Origin: Macrostomum lignano
Lineage: Eukaryota
DNA: 64,000 nt
NCBI GenBank assembly: GCA_002269645.1
Contig: NIVC01001068.1
Coordinates: forward strand, 1 to 64,000
Direction: 5' to 3'
Of this stretch, positions 24,059 through 36,771 are shown in pieces. The stretch's first letter is position 1, and each line of letters starts with the position of its first letter. Below the pieces are notes generated by a model, which saw only the letters and a program-made list of their open reading frames with translations, searched no databases and had not been told where the DNA came from. A program made the translations under genes and the position numbers.

Positions 24059-27000
24059 ATGAACTCAGCAATCGTAACAGTAACTACCACGGCGTCGCCT
24101 CTGGTAGACCAGGTACATCGGACTATGCACTGGGTCGACTACGTTGTGTTTTCTCTGTTCTTGTCCGTCTCACTGGGCATCGGGATCTACTTCGCCTTCG
24201 CTGGAGATCGCCAGCGAACCGCTAAAGAGTTCCTTACGGGCAACCGCAGCCTGTCGTTGGTGCCTGTAGCGGTCAGCATTTTAGTGTCTTTCACCTCAGC
24301 TATACTGATACTTGGCGCTCCGGCGGAGCTCTACTTAAATGGAACGATGTACCTGCTCTACACGATTGGAAAGGTGATCGCCATCATTCTGGCGTCACTG
24401 ATCTTTGTGCCGCTGTTCTATCCGCTGAAACTGACCAGCTCGTTTGAGGTAAAAAGGTTACCTGATAGTTAATTTAAAACAGCCATTTATGGATTAAACA
24501 TCTTCTGCATGGCCATTTTATTACAGTATCTCGAGCTTCGTTTCGAATCGAAAGCTGTCAGGATTTTGGGCAACCTGTTCTACATTTTGTCTTCGGTGAG
24601 TGCCTTGAAAGAGATTCACATTAACACTCGTGGCTAACTTTTGCTTGTAAATTATCGCCTCCCATCAGATCCTGTACATGGGTATCGCAATGTACGCTCC
24701 CTCGGCCGCCATGGATTTCTGCTCCGGTGGCTCCTTCAATATTTACATGTCCATCGCAGCCTCGGGAGTCATTGGGACAGCTTACACGTTGCTGGGAGGA
24801 ATCAAAGCTGTGGTTTGGACCGACGTGTTCCAAGCTGGCATCATGCTTATTGGCATCTTTGCCATCATCATCAAGGGCACGATCGATGTGGGCGGTCCGG
24901 CAAATGTGTGGGCGATCAATGAAAAATACGGCCGGATTCAGTTTGACGAGTGAGTTAGTGTTAGTCCAAGGCCAATTTTCGACCTTCAGATTAATGCAAC
25001 TCAAACCAAACCAAACAACCCCATTATCGTCTCGACGTGTAACTTTCGACGCGCTTCTACGTTGCCTAAATTTAAAGTCCTAAAACATTGAAATTTACGA
25101 CATATTTTAACTACCGGACGTATCTACCAACGTCGAATGAGAATTCCAGAATGGCCGGATAAGTCAGCGTCTAATATACTTACCACACATCTTGATACGT
25201 CAGACACGTGCTGATAATTTTTATGCTCTACTTACTAAAGTATCTACTCATAGTAGAATCGCCAGTAAATTAGCCACCACTGAACCTGTTTCAAAACTTT
25301 TAATTTGCACTTCTTTAGCTCGTGTAGCATCAGCTGCTAAACGTTAACAACAAGCATTTTGTTTCCTGTACAGGTTCAGCTTCGATCCCACTGTTCGACA
25401 CACATTCTGGGGCCTGACGATTGGCAGTGCGGTTGGCTGGCTCGGCACCTACGGCGTTAATCAGGCAGCAGTGCAGCGGTATTGTGCGTTGCCAAGCATC
25501 TCCAAGGCTAGACAGTAAGAAAATTTTTTTTTATTTGATTGGTTTTTATTTATTTTCTTCGCGATAATTAGGAATCTGCTTTACCTCGAAGCAGTGGCAA
25601 AGGCAGGGTCTTATATTGGCGCCACTGTCTCTTAGGTGCACACCACTGTCTCTTATATATGGGTGTCACTGTCTCTTATCCCGGTCACGACTCCAACAGG
25701 TCTCTGTGGATCAACATACCTGGAGCGATGATTCTTACGTGGACAGCCAGCGCTGCTGGAATGGTCATTTTCGCCTACTACCAATACATCGGCTGCGACA
25801 TCAATGGAATCGGCTGGGCCAGAGGAAAGAATGATGTAAGCATTGAGTCAACCATCGGTCTCATGGTGCAGCGTTTTGCTGTACAACTTCATAGCTTTGT
25901 TCAACATTATGTAAAATATTATTGATCTCCAGTACAGCAAGCCTATGTTACCATTAGCAATCCGACGTCGTTATTAGCAATCCTACGTTGCTATTAGCAA
26001 TCCGACGTTGTTATTAGCAATCCAATGTTGTTATTAGCAATACGACGCTATTGTTAGCAATCCGACGTTGCTATTAGCAATCCGACGCTGTTGTTAGCAA
26101 TCCGACATCTTTATTAGCAACCTGATGTGGTTATTTGCAACCCGACTTCTTTGTTAGAAATCTGACATGGTTATTAGCAATCCGACGTCGGTGATTTCTT
26201 GGCCGACGTTCCTACGTCGATGGACGTCGCTGCAAATGTGTACTTCTACATTACACAGACGTTCAACCGGACGTATGACGTCGTTATTCGTCGGCGTAAT
26301 GTTAGAATACTCATTTTCCTCGACGTCGTAACTTTAACCTGTAAAAGGATTTACCTTTAAAAGTACATGTAATAAATTATCTTGTCTTGGTTTTTTTCAT
26401 GAATAAATAATCACAAAACACGCCCTTTAGATCGTTCCGTACTACGTGATGGACCAGCTTGGCCAGTACTACTCTATCCCTGGATTATTCGTTGCTTCAC
26501 TCTTTGCCGGAGCTCTCAGGTAAGTTAGCGCAATTTGTTAATGAAATTACAATGCCATTCTACAAATTAACAAGGTAAAACACTTGGTTACAGCTCCGTG
26601 TCTTCTTCCCTAAACGCTTGCGCCGCCATTACCTGGAAGGACATCCTTGAGCCGCTATTCTTCAAGGACGCATCCGAGACAAAGTCCGGCTGGATTAACC
26701 GAATTCTCACGCTGATCTTCGGCATCTTGGGCACCGGCTTCGGCTTTATAGCCATTAACCTTGGCGGCACGGTGCTGCAAGCGTCCCTGTCATTCACTGG
26801 CGCCGTGGGGGCCCCGTCTCTAGGCCTGTTCATCATGGGCGCGTTCATCCCCATTGTTAACAAATACGGGGCCTTCGTCGGAGCTGTAGCCGGCTTGGCC
26901 ATCAACATGTGGGTGAGCATCGGCTCTTACTCTGCTGGCAACCAGGAGATCAGCCTGCCCGGCAACACCAGCATGTGCAATGTGCCTCGGCCAACCATGG

Positions 27001-29021
27001 GCACGTTCTCTACGAACGTTGCGTCGCCACTGTAAGTGGTATTTCAAAATCGTAACATAACTCTAGTAGACGTCAGCCAAACTAAACATTTTTCACGTGC
27101 GATTGCGCGCATAAATTGCAGAGAAGCAAGCGGTCTACAGAAGTTTTACCAGCTATCCTACCTGTGGTATACTCTATTCGGACTTTTGGTCACCGTCATT
27201 TTGGGCGTGCTGGTCTCTCTGATTACAAACCTCATCTGGGGTGAGTCGGTTTTGTTGATTTGCACCCTGAGCCCCTGGTAGCTATGAATTATAAGTTATT
27301 TACATGTGTAACAAAGCTATTGAGAATGGCATTTTATTTACAAAAAATTTAATAATTACCTAAAATAAAATTCTCTCTTAGCAATAAGAACGGTCTTAGA
27401 AATCCCGGGACTTTTCTTAATTCGATGTACTTTTAGTCGTAGACTAGCTATAGATTTAACTAGTGAATTGCTCGATTGATCATCCACAGCCTGCTAAAAA
27501 TTGAGAGATTCAAACATAAGGCACCTAATTGATTACTCTGTAGACAGTGAAAAGCAAAATTTCTTGCCTTTTTCACTTCGTATAACAAATTTAGCTGGGT
27601 GCTCGCACCCGATTTTGCAGGCTACAAACGCCCGGACCACAAGTACGTCGTCCCGCTAGTGCACAAGCTGTGCTGTTGCTTCCCAATGGGCTGTCAGGAG
27701 TTCACCAGCTGCGGCATCGACATCCAGGCCAGGGACGAGTTCGAGTACGCGGCCGAAGAAGAGGATAAACGACCGAATATTGTGAGAGCACTTTGCCTGT
27801 GTAAAGGGGGTCATGGCTTGCTGGTCTAGCGGCCCAGGCTCGATTCCAAATGCTGTCACATTAATATGGGGCTGAATTGGAATCTCGGCTTGAGTCTGCG
27901 CGTGCAATTAACGGCTTTGAGGGCCAACCCCCGAGGCCCAGTGAAGTGTACATGCCTAACGATAAATAAAGTTAGGGCCGCTGTACACTCCTTTGTGTGT
28001 GCCTGTACGTATGACTGCGTACGTATCTTGCGTGCCTGCTCAGCGGAGTCAGTGGAATGGGCAGTAATGCCTCTCCCCGGTTGTGTGACAATGTCGCTTA
28101 AAGTTCGCCATGGTGCATACACCTCCCTGCCTCTAAAAATAGCCAGTGCTGAAATTCGATCTCAAACAAATTAAAACCAGGCAAAAATGTACGGGATCCC
28201 AATTATGGGTGTTTATTTAAGTTTTAACAACCAATATTTTACTTTTTTGTCCGTTATTAGAATACCTGTAACACAATTTGCATTCAACCACTAGAAATGT
28301 ATCGCCTTCAACTGTAAATCTAACTCCTCAAGGCCCCACCATGCCTAAAACCTTCACCTTTATTATAATAATTAAGAATATTGATAACGCTTGCCCTAAT
28401 GGGCGCGTAATAAGCTATTGCGCGGCGCATCTGAAGGTTGAGTACTGCTGTTCAGTCCAGGGACTGGGGGGTCGCCAAACACACCTTTAAGCAATGCAGA
28501 GTTTAGCGTCTTGCTCAAGGACACATATTGTTTTGAGTGGGTCGAGAACCGAACCCCCGACCTTTCATTCGTGGGTCCAACGCTCTATCCACTAGGCTAC
28601 AACCTCTCTTCACCTATAGAAACCTAATACCGTATTAAGAGATCTAATGCTGGAACGCTAATGCACTCTGTGGGATATCCACGGGATGGGCAGACATCTT
28701 TCACCATTTCTTCTGGTCTTTTTCTATCAAAGGAATCAAGTTATGAACATCATATATAAAATAAAACCACTTCTGAATTGCCTCGCTCAGGTTGACGTCG
28801 AGCTCACCGAAAGACCGTCCTCTGCTGGCAACAAAGTGGCCCCGATGCCTGCCGCTGGTGACTCGCAGCAACCTGTCGCCGGAACTTCAAGTTCGTCGCC
28901 TACGCCGACCGCCTTCACGGCGTCGACGGATGTAAAGCCTCCGCCCTATGAAAGGAACCCGGCCGAACCGAACAGCAAAGAAAATCCCGACTCATTGTCC
29001 GTTACAGCTGAGGCTGTTTAG
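24059..29021 (+). CDS. SLC5 sodium:solute symporter (SMVT/SMCT-like). Ten exons: 24059-24448, 24527-24595, 24669-24949, 25374-25514, 25700-25835, 26431-26519, 26594-27031, 27122-27240, 27621-27781, 28791-29021; 684 aa.
   Basis: DYVVF..SLGIGIY; YLELRF; [17 protein letters not shown]; DPTVRHTFW; NQAAVQRY; [21 protein letters not shown]; SYLWY. Exon lengths sum to a multiple of three. Confidence 0.93.
25945..26190. repeat. Degenerate 21-bp minisatellite (ATTAGCAATCCGACGTTGTT-like) in an SLC5 intron
   Basis: About 11 tandem copies. Confidence 0.8.
28360..28608 (-). mobile_element. tRNA-derived SINE with CORE-like central segment
   Basis: Minus strand reads: A box TAGCCTAGTGG, B-box-like GGTTCGGTTC, then TGTGTCCTTGAGCAAGACGCTAAAC (resembles the CORE-SINE GTGACCTTGGGCAAGTCACTTAAC) and an AT-rich TTATTATAAT tail. 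Confidence 0.7.
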
Positions 29022-30594
29022 TACAAAGACTACTTATACCATGGACTACTGAAGAGTAGCGGAGGGTAGAAGAAAGACTACTGTTAGACCAAGGGACTTG
29101 GAAGTTCCGCTTTAGATTGATATTTCTATGGTTAATTCTGGCGAGTGATTCTAGCTTCGAATCAATTGGACTGTCTACAAAAAACTTACTGATTAATCGA
29201 CTCGTAGGAGTTCAGTTGTATAAAAAATCTTTGTCAAATAAAAAATCAAACGAGAACGGGAAGTGTATGTTTCTTAACTTTGAGAATGGTTTTTTTACGA
29301 CAGAGTAGTTATAGTTACTAATAAATGTAGTTTCAAACACATGTCGTCTCTTTTTTAATTTTTAACGGTCCTAAGATAAACTACGAGCTCGTACAGAATG
29401 TTTGGGTGTACGAGGGATCTGGTGTATCGTTAATTACAAGTTTTAACACCTTGTAAGCTCATTTGGGCTGTGAAAGAATCGATGCGCATTCGAAAAGAGA
29501 GTTAAAGCTGGTAAACCTGAATTAGAGGTTCGTGCACGGAACGGAGGGAATTGCAAACCAGAAATATCACAACTCCGAAAACTAAAATAGCATTGATCTT
29601 AGCATTGATCTTCCGTTACTAGCACTTTCGGGTCGTATATAAATTTACTGGATTTGATTGCATATACAACTTTTGGCTGTTGTTTCATTTTATCTTAAAA
29701 CAATTTCAAAACCCGATACTGTTGAACTGAACTTGAAGTAAATATTGCACTCGTAAATATGCTTAATTAACTGTAATTTTCTACGCTCGTAGATGGGTCA
29801 CTCGCCCACTCAGGCATATATACTTAGTAAAGCAGCTTTCTACTTTCAGTTCAGTAGCAAAGAAGAATACATAAGCTATTTTACAAAAACAAGGCAGCTG
29901 AAATGACTTTGATAAGTTAAGATTTAGAAGCCCAAGCTTGCAGGCGTAAACAACTTGCTAATTTGTTCAGCAATAATGTACATTGGCCAGTCCACTGAAA
30001 TGTACATGGCCGCTTTAGGCTGGAATTCTGAGAAAGGCAATAAAAATAGGAACGGGGCGGGGTGGCGGGGGGATTGTGGGGAAAGGCGCGGTTGGAGGTT
30101 TAAGTTTGGGGTAAGAGCCAATAAATGAGCCTTGGCTTTAATTAAAAATACACTAAAATGCTACTGTTTAACTTACTACTCAACTGAAAGTAGCGAATAT
30201 GAATGAATGAATTATATTCTGGCATAATGTCATGGAATAGCACTTACTTTGATTAACACAAAAAATCTAAAAAATCAATACTCGATAATGTATCTATTAA
30301 TATTGCTTATAAACTATTTCGAAGAAGAAAGTTAGGAATAATGAATGGTGAAATTTATTAAAATTATGAAACGACCTCAATTAAAAGTTGACTGAATATG
30401 TCTCTTAGGCTAGATAACTTATATAGTGCACACAATGATACCAAACAGAAGAGGCTGTCAAGAGATGACAAACAGAAGAGGCTGTCAGAGAGGACAAACA
30501 GAAAACACAATATTAATTTTTTTTCGAAGCCATAATTCGGCAGAATAAACAAGGACATAGTTTCTAAGACGTGGTCTCGAGCTCCTTGCTGCTG

Positions 30595-31089
30595 CTACGG
30601 GTGCGGCGGCGGAACTATGGCCACAGGCCGGTGAGCATGATGCAGTACGTAGTCAGACACGCTGCCAAGAAAGGTGCGTCGAAGAGCCCCGATGCCGCGA
30701 TTGCCAACCACAATCAGCGAAGCGTCTTCTTCGGTTGCTATGGCAACCAGAGCCTGTCCGGGATTGGCGGACAATCGTTCAACAAATCGAACGTTGCAAT
30801 CGGTTGGCAGGCCGAGCTGGTCGCAGCGGTCGCGGAGTTCCGCTGCCAGTCGGTGCCCGGCGTGCACCGCCTCCTTGACGCTGTTGGTGTACAGCTCCGC
30901 GGACACGGCGCTGGCGTACCCGGCTCCCAGGCTGACTGGGGGCGGCTCGGCGACGTAGGCAAACACCAGCTGGTCATCCGGGCTGGCCAGATTGGCGGCG
31001 TACCAGTTCAGAGCGCGATTGCTGTGAGCACTGCCGTCAACTGCGATGAGCACCTTGCGAGGTTGCTTCTGGGACGTGGACGACGACAT
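30595..31089 (-). CDS. Universal stress protein (UspA family), intronless, 164 aa
   Basis: KVLIAVDGS N-terminus; ATP-binding G-2X-G-9X-GS motif GNRGIGALRRTFLGSVS; C-terminal HRPVAIVPP. Confidence 0.93.
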   Translation of the reverse strand: MSSSTSQKQPRKVLIAVDGSAHSNRALNWYAANLASPDDQLVFAYVAEPPPVSLGAGYASAVSAELYTNSVKEAVHAGHRLAAELRDRCDQLGLPTDCNVRFVERLSANPGQALVAIATEEDASLIVVGNRGIGALRRTFLGSVSDYVLHHAHRPVAIVPPPHP

Positions 31090-31165
31090 GCTGACGAAGT
31101 CTGTGAGAAGTGCAAGACGACGCGCTGATGTAGTTCACTTTCTATAGAAGCAGCTGTGATTAATT

Positions 31166-31398
31166 TAGCCAAGGAGGGAGATGATGGAGTGAGGTAGCCA
31201 AGAAGGGAGATGGTGGAGTGAGGTAGCCAAGAAGGGAGATGGGGAAGTGAGGTAGCCCAGGAGGGAGATGATGGAGTGAGGTAGCCAAGAAGGGAGATGG
31301 GGGAGTGAGGTAGCTAAGGAGGGAGATGATGGAGTGAGGTAGCCAATGAAAGAGATGATGGAGTGAGGTAGCCAAGGAGGGAGATGGGGAAGTGAGGT
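31166..31398. repeat. 29-bp G-rich minisatellite (GGAGTGAGGTAGCCAAGGAGGGAGATGGG), same family as 35278-36771
   Basis: About 8 tandem copies. Confidence 0.9.
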
Positions 31399-31433
31399 AT
31401 AAATTCACTTATAGGTGTAAATAGGTGTAGTTA

Positions 31434-31674
31434 CTGTCTAAACAGGTGTTATTACTGTCCAAACAGGTGTAATTACTGTCTCAACAGGTGTAATTACTGT
31501 CTAAACAGGTGTAATTACTGTCCAAACAGGTGTAATTACTGTCTCAACAGGTGTAATTACTGTCTAAACAGGTGTAATTACTGTCTAAACAGGTGTAATT
31601 ACTGTCTAAACAGGTGTGATTACTGTCTAAACAGGTGTAAGTACTGTCTAAAAAGGTGTAATTACTGTCTAAAC
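31434..31674. repeat. 21-bp minisatellite (TTACTGTCTAAACAGGTGTAA), interrupted by the MULE; resumes at 34291-34368
   Basis: The same unit is present on both sides of the transposon. Confidence 0.9.
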
Positions 31675-34290
31675 GGTTTACCCCCGATTCGCCGAATCCC
31701 GATTCTCCGATTCCCGATTCGCCGATTCCCGATTCGCCGAATTCCCGATTCGCCGAATTCCTGACTCGCGGAATTCCTGATTTGCCGAATTCCTGACTCG
31801 CCGAACCTTCCAGTTTCTAATTGTGCGACGCCACAGGTGGAAGTGGATGCATGCCAGGTGGGCCGGGTTGTGATTGGCCAGCTCTGGAGGCTCTCCTGCC
31901 TAGCCCTGTCCGCACGCTCGTATATAAGGGCCAGATTTCCAGTTGAGGCAGTCACACTTTTGTAAATACAACTCAACACGTGAGCCAGTGACCTCAAGAC
32001 AACATAAGTTATGGCTCAGGCCGGACCCGCACCCGAAAGGGCCGAATTCGTAGTGAGCGAACGGGAGGCCAGCTTCTGCTCCGCGATGGCTACCTGTATC
32101 GCGTGGACAAAAAGAGTCTGGTGGCTTCCTACTACAAGTGCCGAGAGGAACGCTGCAATTCTCGGGTCAATGTTGAAGACGGGTTTGTGACGTCGACGTC
32201 TGGAAGTCACGAACACCCGCCGCCATCGGCCGCCGCTCTCAAGCGCAAAGCTTTTGCCGAGACAGTGAAGGCGCAGGCACAAGAATCTGCCCTTCCAATT
32301 GCACGGATCTACCGAGACCAGGTGGCGACAAATGCTGCCGAGGGTGCAGATCTCGCCACGGTGCCCACGTTCTCCAGCGTCAAGACGGCCGCATACCACG
32401 CTCGACTTGCGGTCGTTCCACCGTTGCCTCCGACAGCTCAGCACTACGAGGTCGAGGCGGAGGTGTTCAACACTGCCACCGTTTTGGACTCGCGCGCATT
32501 GAATCTGGTGGGACCACGGGTCGTTGGATTCACGACGGACGCTCTGCTGGCAAGACTTGGCGAGTGCGAACGGTTGCAGATTGATGGTACTTTCAGCTGC
32601 TGCCCTGAGATCTTCTACCAGCTGTTCATCATTCACGGCAAGGTCCTCGGTGCGTGGGAGCCTCTTGTCTTCTTTCTGCTTCCCGCAAAGGATCAGAGAA
32701 CGTATGAGACATGCTGAGGTTCGTCGAGTAACAGGTCATGACTGCATGGCAACGACCATTCTGACGGACTTCGAAGCCGGAAGCATGAACGCAGCGACTG
32801 GTAGGTGGCCACACTATCCGCAACCTGCTTTGCGAGGCTGCTTTTTCCACTTCTGCCAGTGCATCCTACGCCGCGTTGCCTCCGCTGGATTGAAGGCAGC
32901 GTACGAAGGTGACCCCGAGGTGAGGGCAACCGTTCGGCGTCTGATGGCGCTGCCGTTGATGCCACTGGCTGGAGTGAAAGATGCCTTCCAGTTCATCCTC
33001 GGAGACATGCCTGCCCAAGCCCATCCGAATCATGCTCAAGTGGTCGCATTGATGGACTATGTGACTACTACTTGGATCGACGGGGCCGCACAGTTTCAAC
33101 CGCCACTGTGGAGCCACTACGGTGAAGACGACGACAGGACCATCAACGCCGCCGAGGGTCGTCATCACGCCCTCAACCAAGTCGCGGGGAACCATCGTCT
33201 CAACGTTCATTCTTTTGTGCGCGAGGTTGTGAAGGAGCTCCGGAACTGCCAGACACGCATTCAGCAACGAGCCGCTGGCAATGTCACCAGTCGGCAAAGC
33301 TCTCGCGCGAAGAGGCTGGCAACAACAATTGCAAGACTCCGGGACGAGTTTTAAGCAGGCCAGAGAACACTGGAGCAGTTCCTTGACGCTTGTGGCTACC
33401 AGCTGCAGCTTTGAACATTTCTCTTGCCGTGACATAATAACCATGCAGCTATGAACATTTCTCTTGCCGTGACATAATAACCATGCAGCTTTGAACATTT
33501 CTCTTGCCGTAACATAATGCCTTGGTTTGCTCTGAGGCGTGCCTTTGAGCAGACCAGCTTTAGTACCCCCGGGGGGTTGGTTTTGGGCCTTTGTGCGTGC
33601 GCGGGGTTGGCGTGGGGGGGGGGGGTTGTGCGTTGTGTGTCTCTACCCTCCTTTGTGCAGCGGCCCTCCCCCCTCCGCCTGCTGAGGGTTTTTAATGCCC
33701 CGTTTTCTCTCAGGAGCTCCTGCGTTCTCGCTCTCGCTAAATTTTTTTTATTCTTCTTCTTTTAAAAATAAAATGCCGTGTTCGTCACCAAATATACAAG
33801 CATTCGAGTCTTGTTGGAGGCTGTTGCTTCGCCTCCGTGTTCTCGCCAACCTCGGTGTTCCTCTGTTTCTCTGGGTTCCTTCCGGGCCGGGTACTAATAA
33901 GATTTTTGCCACAAGAGTTTATTACATATTTTCTATCCTTTTATCTGAACTTTCCGCAGCTGTTGTCACCTACAGTAATAATAATAATACAAATAATACA
34001 ATTTTAATACAATCCAAAATACAATATTACAATAATATAACTACAATAATAATTGTCTCCAAGTCTGATCCCCGGAAGCACTTGTTCAGCTGATGGTGCG
34101 CCTGTGTGTGTGCGTGTGTGAGTGGACGGTCAATGGGGTAATCGGCAAATCAGGAATTCGGCAAATCAGGAATTCGGCAAATCAGGAATTCGGCAAATCA
34201 GGAATTTCGGCGAAGCAGGAATTCGGCGAGTCAGGAATTCGGCGAGTCAGGAATTCGGCGAATCGGGAATCGGCGAATCGAGGGTAAACC
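31675..34290 (+). mobile_element. Mutator-like (MULE) DNA transposon, full length (2616 bp)
   Basis: Termini GGTTTACCC...GGGTAAACC; TIRs built from tandem GCCGAATTCC(T/C)GA subrepeats; 8-bp TSD GTCTAAAC (31667-31674, 34291-34298); internal transposase. Confidence 0.92.
32011..33414 (+). pseudogene. FLYWCH + MULE DDE transposase, interrupted (frameshifts near 32062 and 32708, in-frame TAA at 33352)
   Basis: GGQLLLRDGYLY..YKC..C..HEH (FLYWCH); IDGTF; TDFE; CFFH; RTINAAEGRH. The frame continues past the TAA as AGQRTLEQFLDACGYQLQL*. TATA at 31921. Confidence 0.85.
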
Positions 34291-35277
34291 GTCTAAACAG
34301 GTGTAATTACTGTCTAAACAGGTGTAATTACTGTCTAAACAGGTGTAATTACTATCTAAACAGGTGTATCAAATCAGATTGTGATTAAATTTCAACGGGT
34401 TCAAGCTATTATTTTATATGTGGTTCTTCGTTAACGCAATTTCTTTTAAAAGTACAAGCCAAAGTCCAAGTATGCAATAGTTAAAAAAAAGTGCAGGCAA
34501 ACAGCGGGTGATGTATGCTGTACTGAACAGAAAACCAGTTCCACTTGTTTACCGAATCCGTAGAATTCCCAACAAAAAAACTAGAAGTAACTATAAATGC
34601 AGCCGCTTACTGAACAATCAAGTTCTCATGTAAACACATTTGCGTCGATAGAAACTGCAGTCTTACCTTGCTGGAGAGGCCTTACTTGCTAGTTATTAAT
34701 CACGATAATTGTAAAAGATGTTGATGCGACTTAGAAGAGCTCGGCTTTTCCAGTTTTTAATATACTTTCTGTCTGTCTCTGTCTGTCTTTTTGCTTTCCA
34801 GAATGCTCTCTCCCCCGCTATCTTGGATCAACGCATATGCACTAGTAGCTCGTACGTACTGGAAACCACGCGCACTATCGCGAGGGAGACAGGCACAGCT
34901 GGGAAACGCATCTTGAAATCAATGCCATCTTGCTTTCCCTTGGCTGAAGCGGAGAAGGCGACCCAGGCAAGACGTTTGTCGAGGGACAGGAATTGGAGGG
35001 TCTTGGGGTTTCTCTGGGGCAAGGAGGTACACCGGGTTAGCCCTTTGGCTGCCCTTTCTGTCCTCGCTTATAGCGGCAGAAAAAGAAGATGGTTCATCCA
35101 CACGGACAATACTGTTTCTTCTCTTGTCGGTGCAGTCTGGGGTATAAATAAACAAGGAGTGATGCAGATATTTCAGGATGTAGTGACTTAATTAGTTTGC
35201 GAGCTCATGATTCAATTAAGGAATGAGTTTTCAGGTGAGATCATGAGTGAGATTAAGAGCCAGAGAGGGAGGTTAGG

Positions 35278-36771
35278 GTGTGAGGTAGCTAAGGAGAGAG
35301 ATAATGAAGTGAGGTAGCCAAGGAGGGAGATAGGGGAGTGAGGTAGCCAAGAAGGGAGATGGGGGAGTGAGGTAGCCCAGAAGGGAGATGGGGGAGTGAG
35401 GTAGCCAAGGAGGGAGATGTGGGAGTGAGGTAGCCAAGGAGGGAGATGTGGGAGTGAGGTAGCCAAGGAGGGAGATGTGGGAGTAAGGTAGCCAAGGAGG
35501 GAGATGGAGGAGTGAGGTAGCCAAGGAGGGAGATGGGGGAGTGAGGTAGCCAAGGAGGGAGATGTGGGAGTGAGGTAGCCCAGAAGGGAGATGGGGGAGT
35601 GAGGTAGCCAAGAAGGGAGATGGGGGAGTGAGGTAGCCAAGGAGGGAGATGGGGGAGTGAGGTAGCCCAGAAGGGAGATGGGGGAGTGAGGTAGCCAAGG
35701 AGGGAGATGTGGGAGTGAGGTAGCCAAGGAGGGAGATGTGGGAGTGAGGTAGCCAAGGAGGGAGATGGAGGAGTGAGGTAGCCAAGGAGGGAGATGGGGG
35801 AGTGAGGTAGCCAAGAAGGGAGATGGAGGAGTGAGGTAGCTGAGAGGGAGATGGAGAAGTGAGGTAGCCAAGAAGGGAGATGGGGGAGTGAGGTAGCCAA
35901 GAAGGGAGATGGGGGAGTGAGGTAGCCAAGAAGGGAGATGGGGGAGTGAGGTAGCCAAGAAAGGAGATGGGGGAGTGAGGTAGCCAAGAAGGGAGATGGG
36001 GGAGTGAGGTAGCCAAGAAGGGAGATGATGGAGTGAGGTAGCCAAGAAGTGAGATGATGGAGTGAGGTAGCCAAGGAGGGAGATGATGATGTGAGGTAGC
36101 CAAGGAAAGAGATGATGGAGTGAGGTAGCCAAGGAGGGAGATGGGGGAGTGAGGTAGCCAAGGAGGGAGATGGGGGAGTGAGGTAGCCAAGAAGGGAGAT
36201 GATGGAATGAGGTAGCCAAGAAGTGAGATGATGGAGTGAGGTAGCCAAGGAGGGAGACGATGGAGTGAGGTAGCCAAGGAGGGAGACGATGGAGTGAGGT
36301 AGCCAAGGAGGGAGATGGGGGAGTGAGGTAGCCAATGAGGGAGATGGGGGAGTGAGGTAGCCAATGAGGGAGATGGGGGAGTGAGGTAGCCAAGGAGGGA
36401 GATGGGGGAGTGAGGTAGCCAAGGAGGGAGATGGAGGAGTGAGGTAGCCAAGAAGGGAGATGATGGAATGAGGTAGCCAAGAAGTGAGATGATGGAGTGA
36501 GGTAGCCAAGGAGGGAGACGATGGAGTGAGGTAGCCAAGGAGGGAGACGATGGAGTGAGGTAGCCAAGGAGGGAGATGGGGGAGTGAGGTAGCCAATGAG
36601 GGAGATGGGGGAGTGAGGTAGCCAATGAGGGAGATGGGGGAGTGAGGTAGCCAAGGAGGGAGATGGGGGAGTGAGGTAGCCAATGAGGGAGATGGGGGAG
36701 TGAGGTAGCCAATGAGGGAGATGGGGGAGTGAGGTAGCCAAGAAGGGAGATGGGGGAGTGAGGTAGCCAAG
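35278..36771. repeat. 29-bp G-rich minisatellite, about 51 copies
   Basis: Direct tandem copies; source of the LGYLTPPSP ORFs. Confidence 0.95.

Noticed and set aside
28540-28608. tRNA-like sequence on the minus strand
   Set aside because: The cloverleaf is imperfect and it continues into a SINE body, so it is reported as a SINE rather than a tRNA gene.
33559-33897. TTAGTACCC...GGGTACTAA inverted pair inside the MULE
   Set aside because: Only 9 bp and no TSD, so it cannot be called a nested element.
34718-35191. 157-aa ORF with a hydrophobic N-terminus
   Set aside because: The hydrophobic part is a pyrimidine/TCTG tract ending in an AG acceptor. No domain or consistent exon chain was found, so it was left uncalled.
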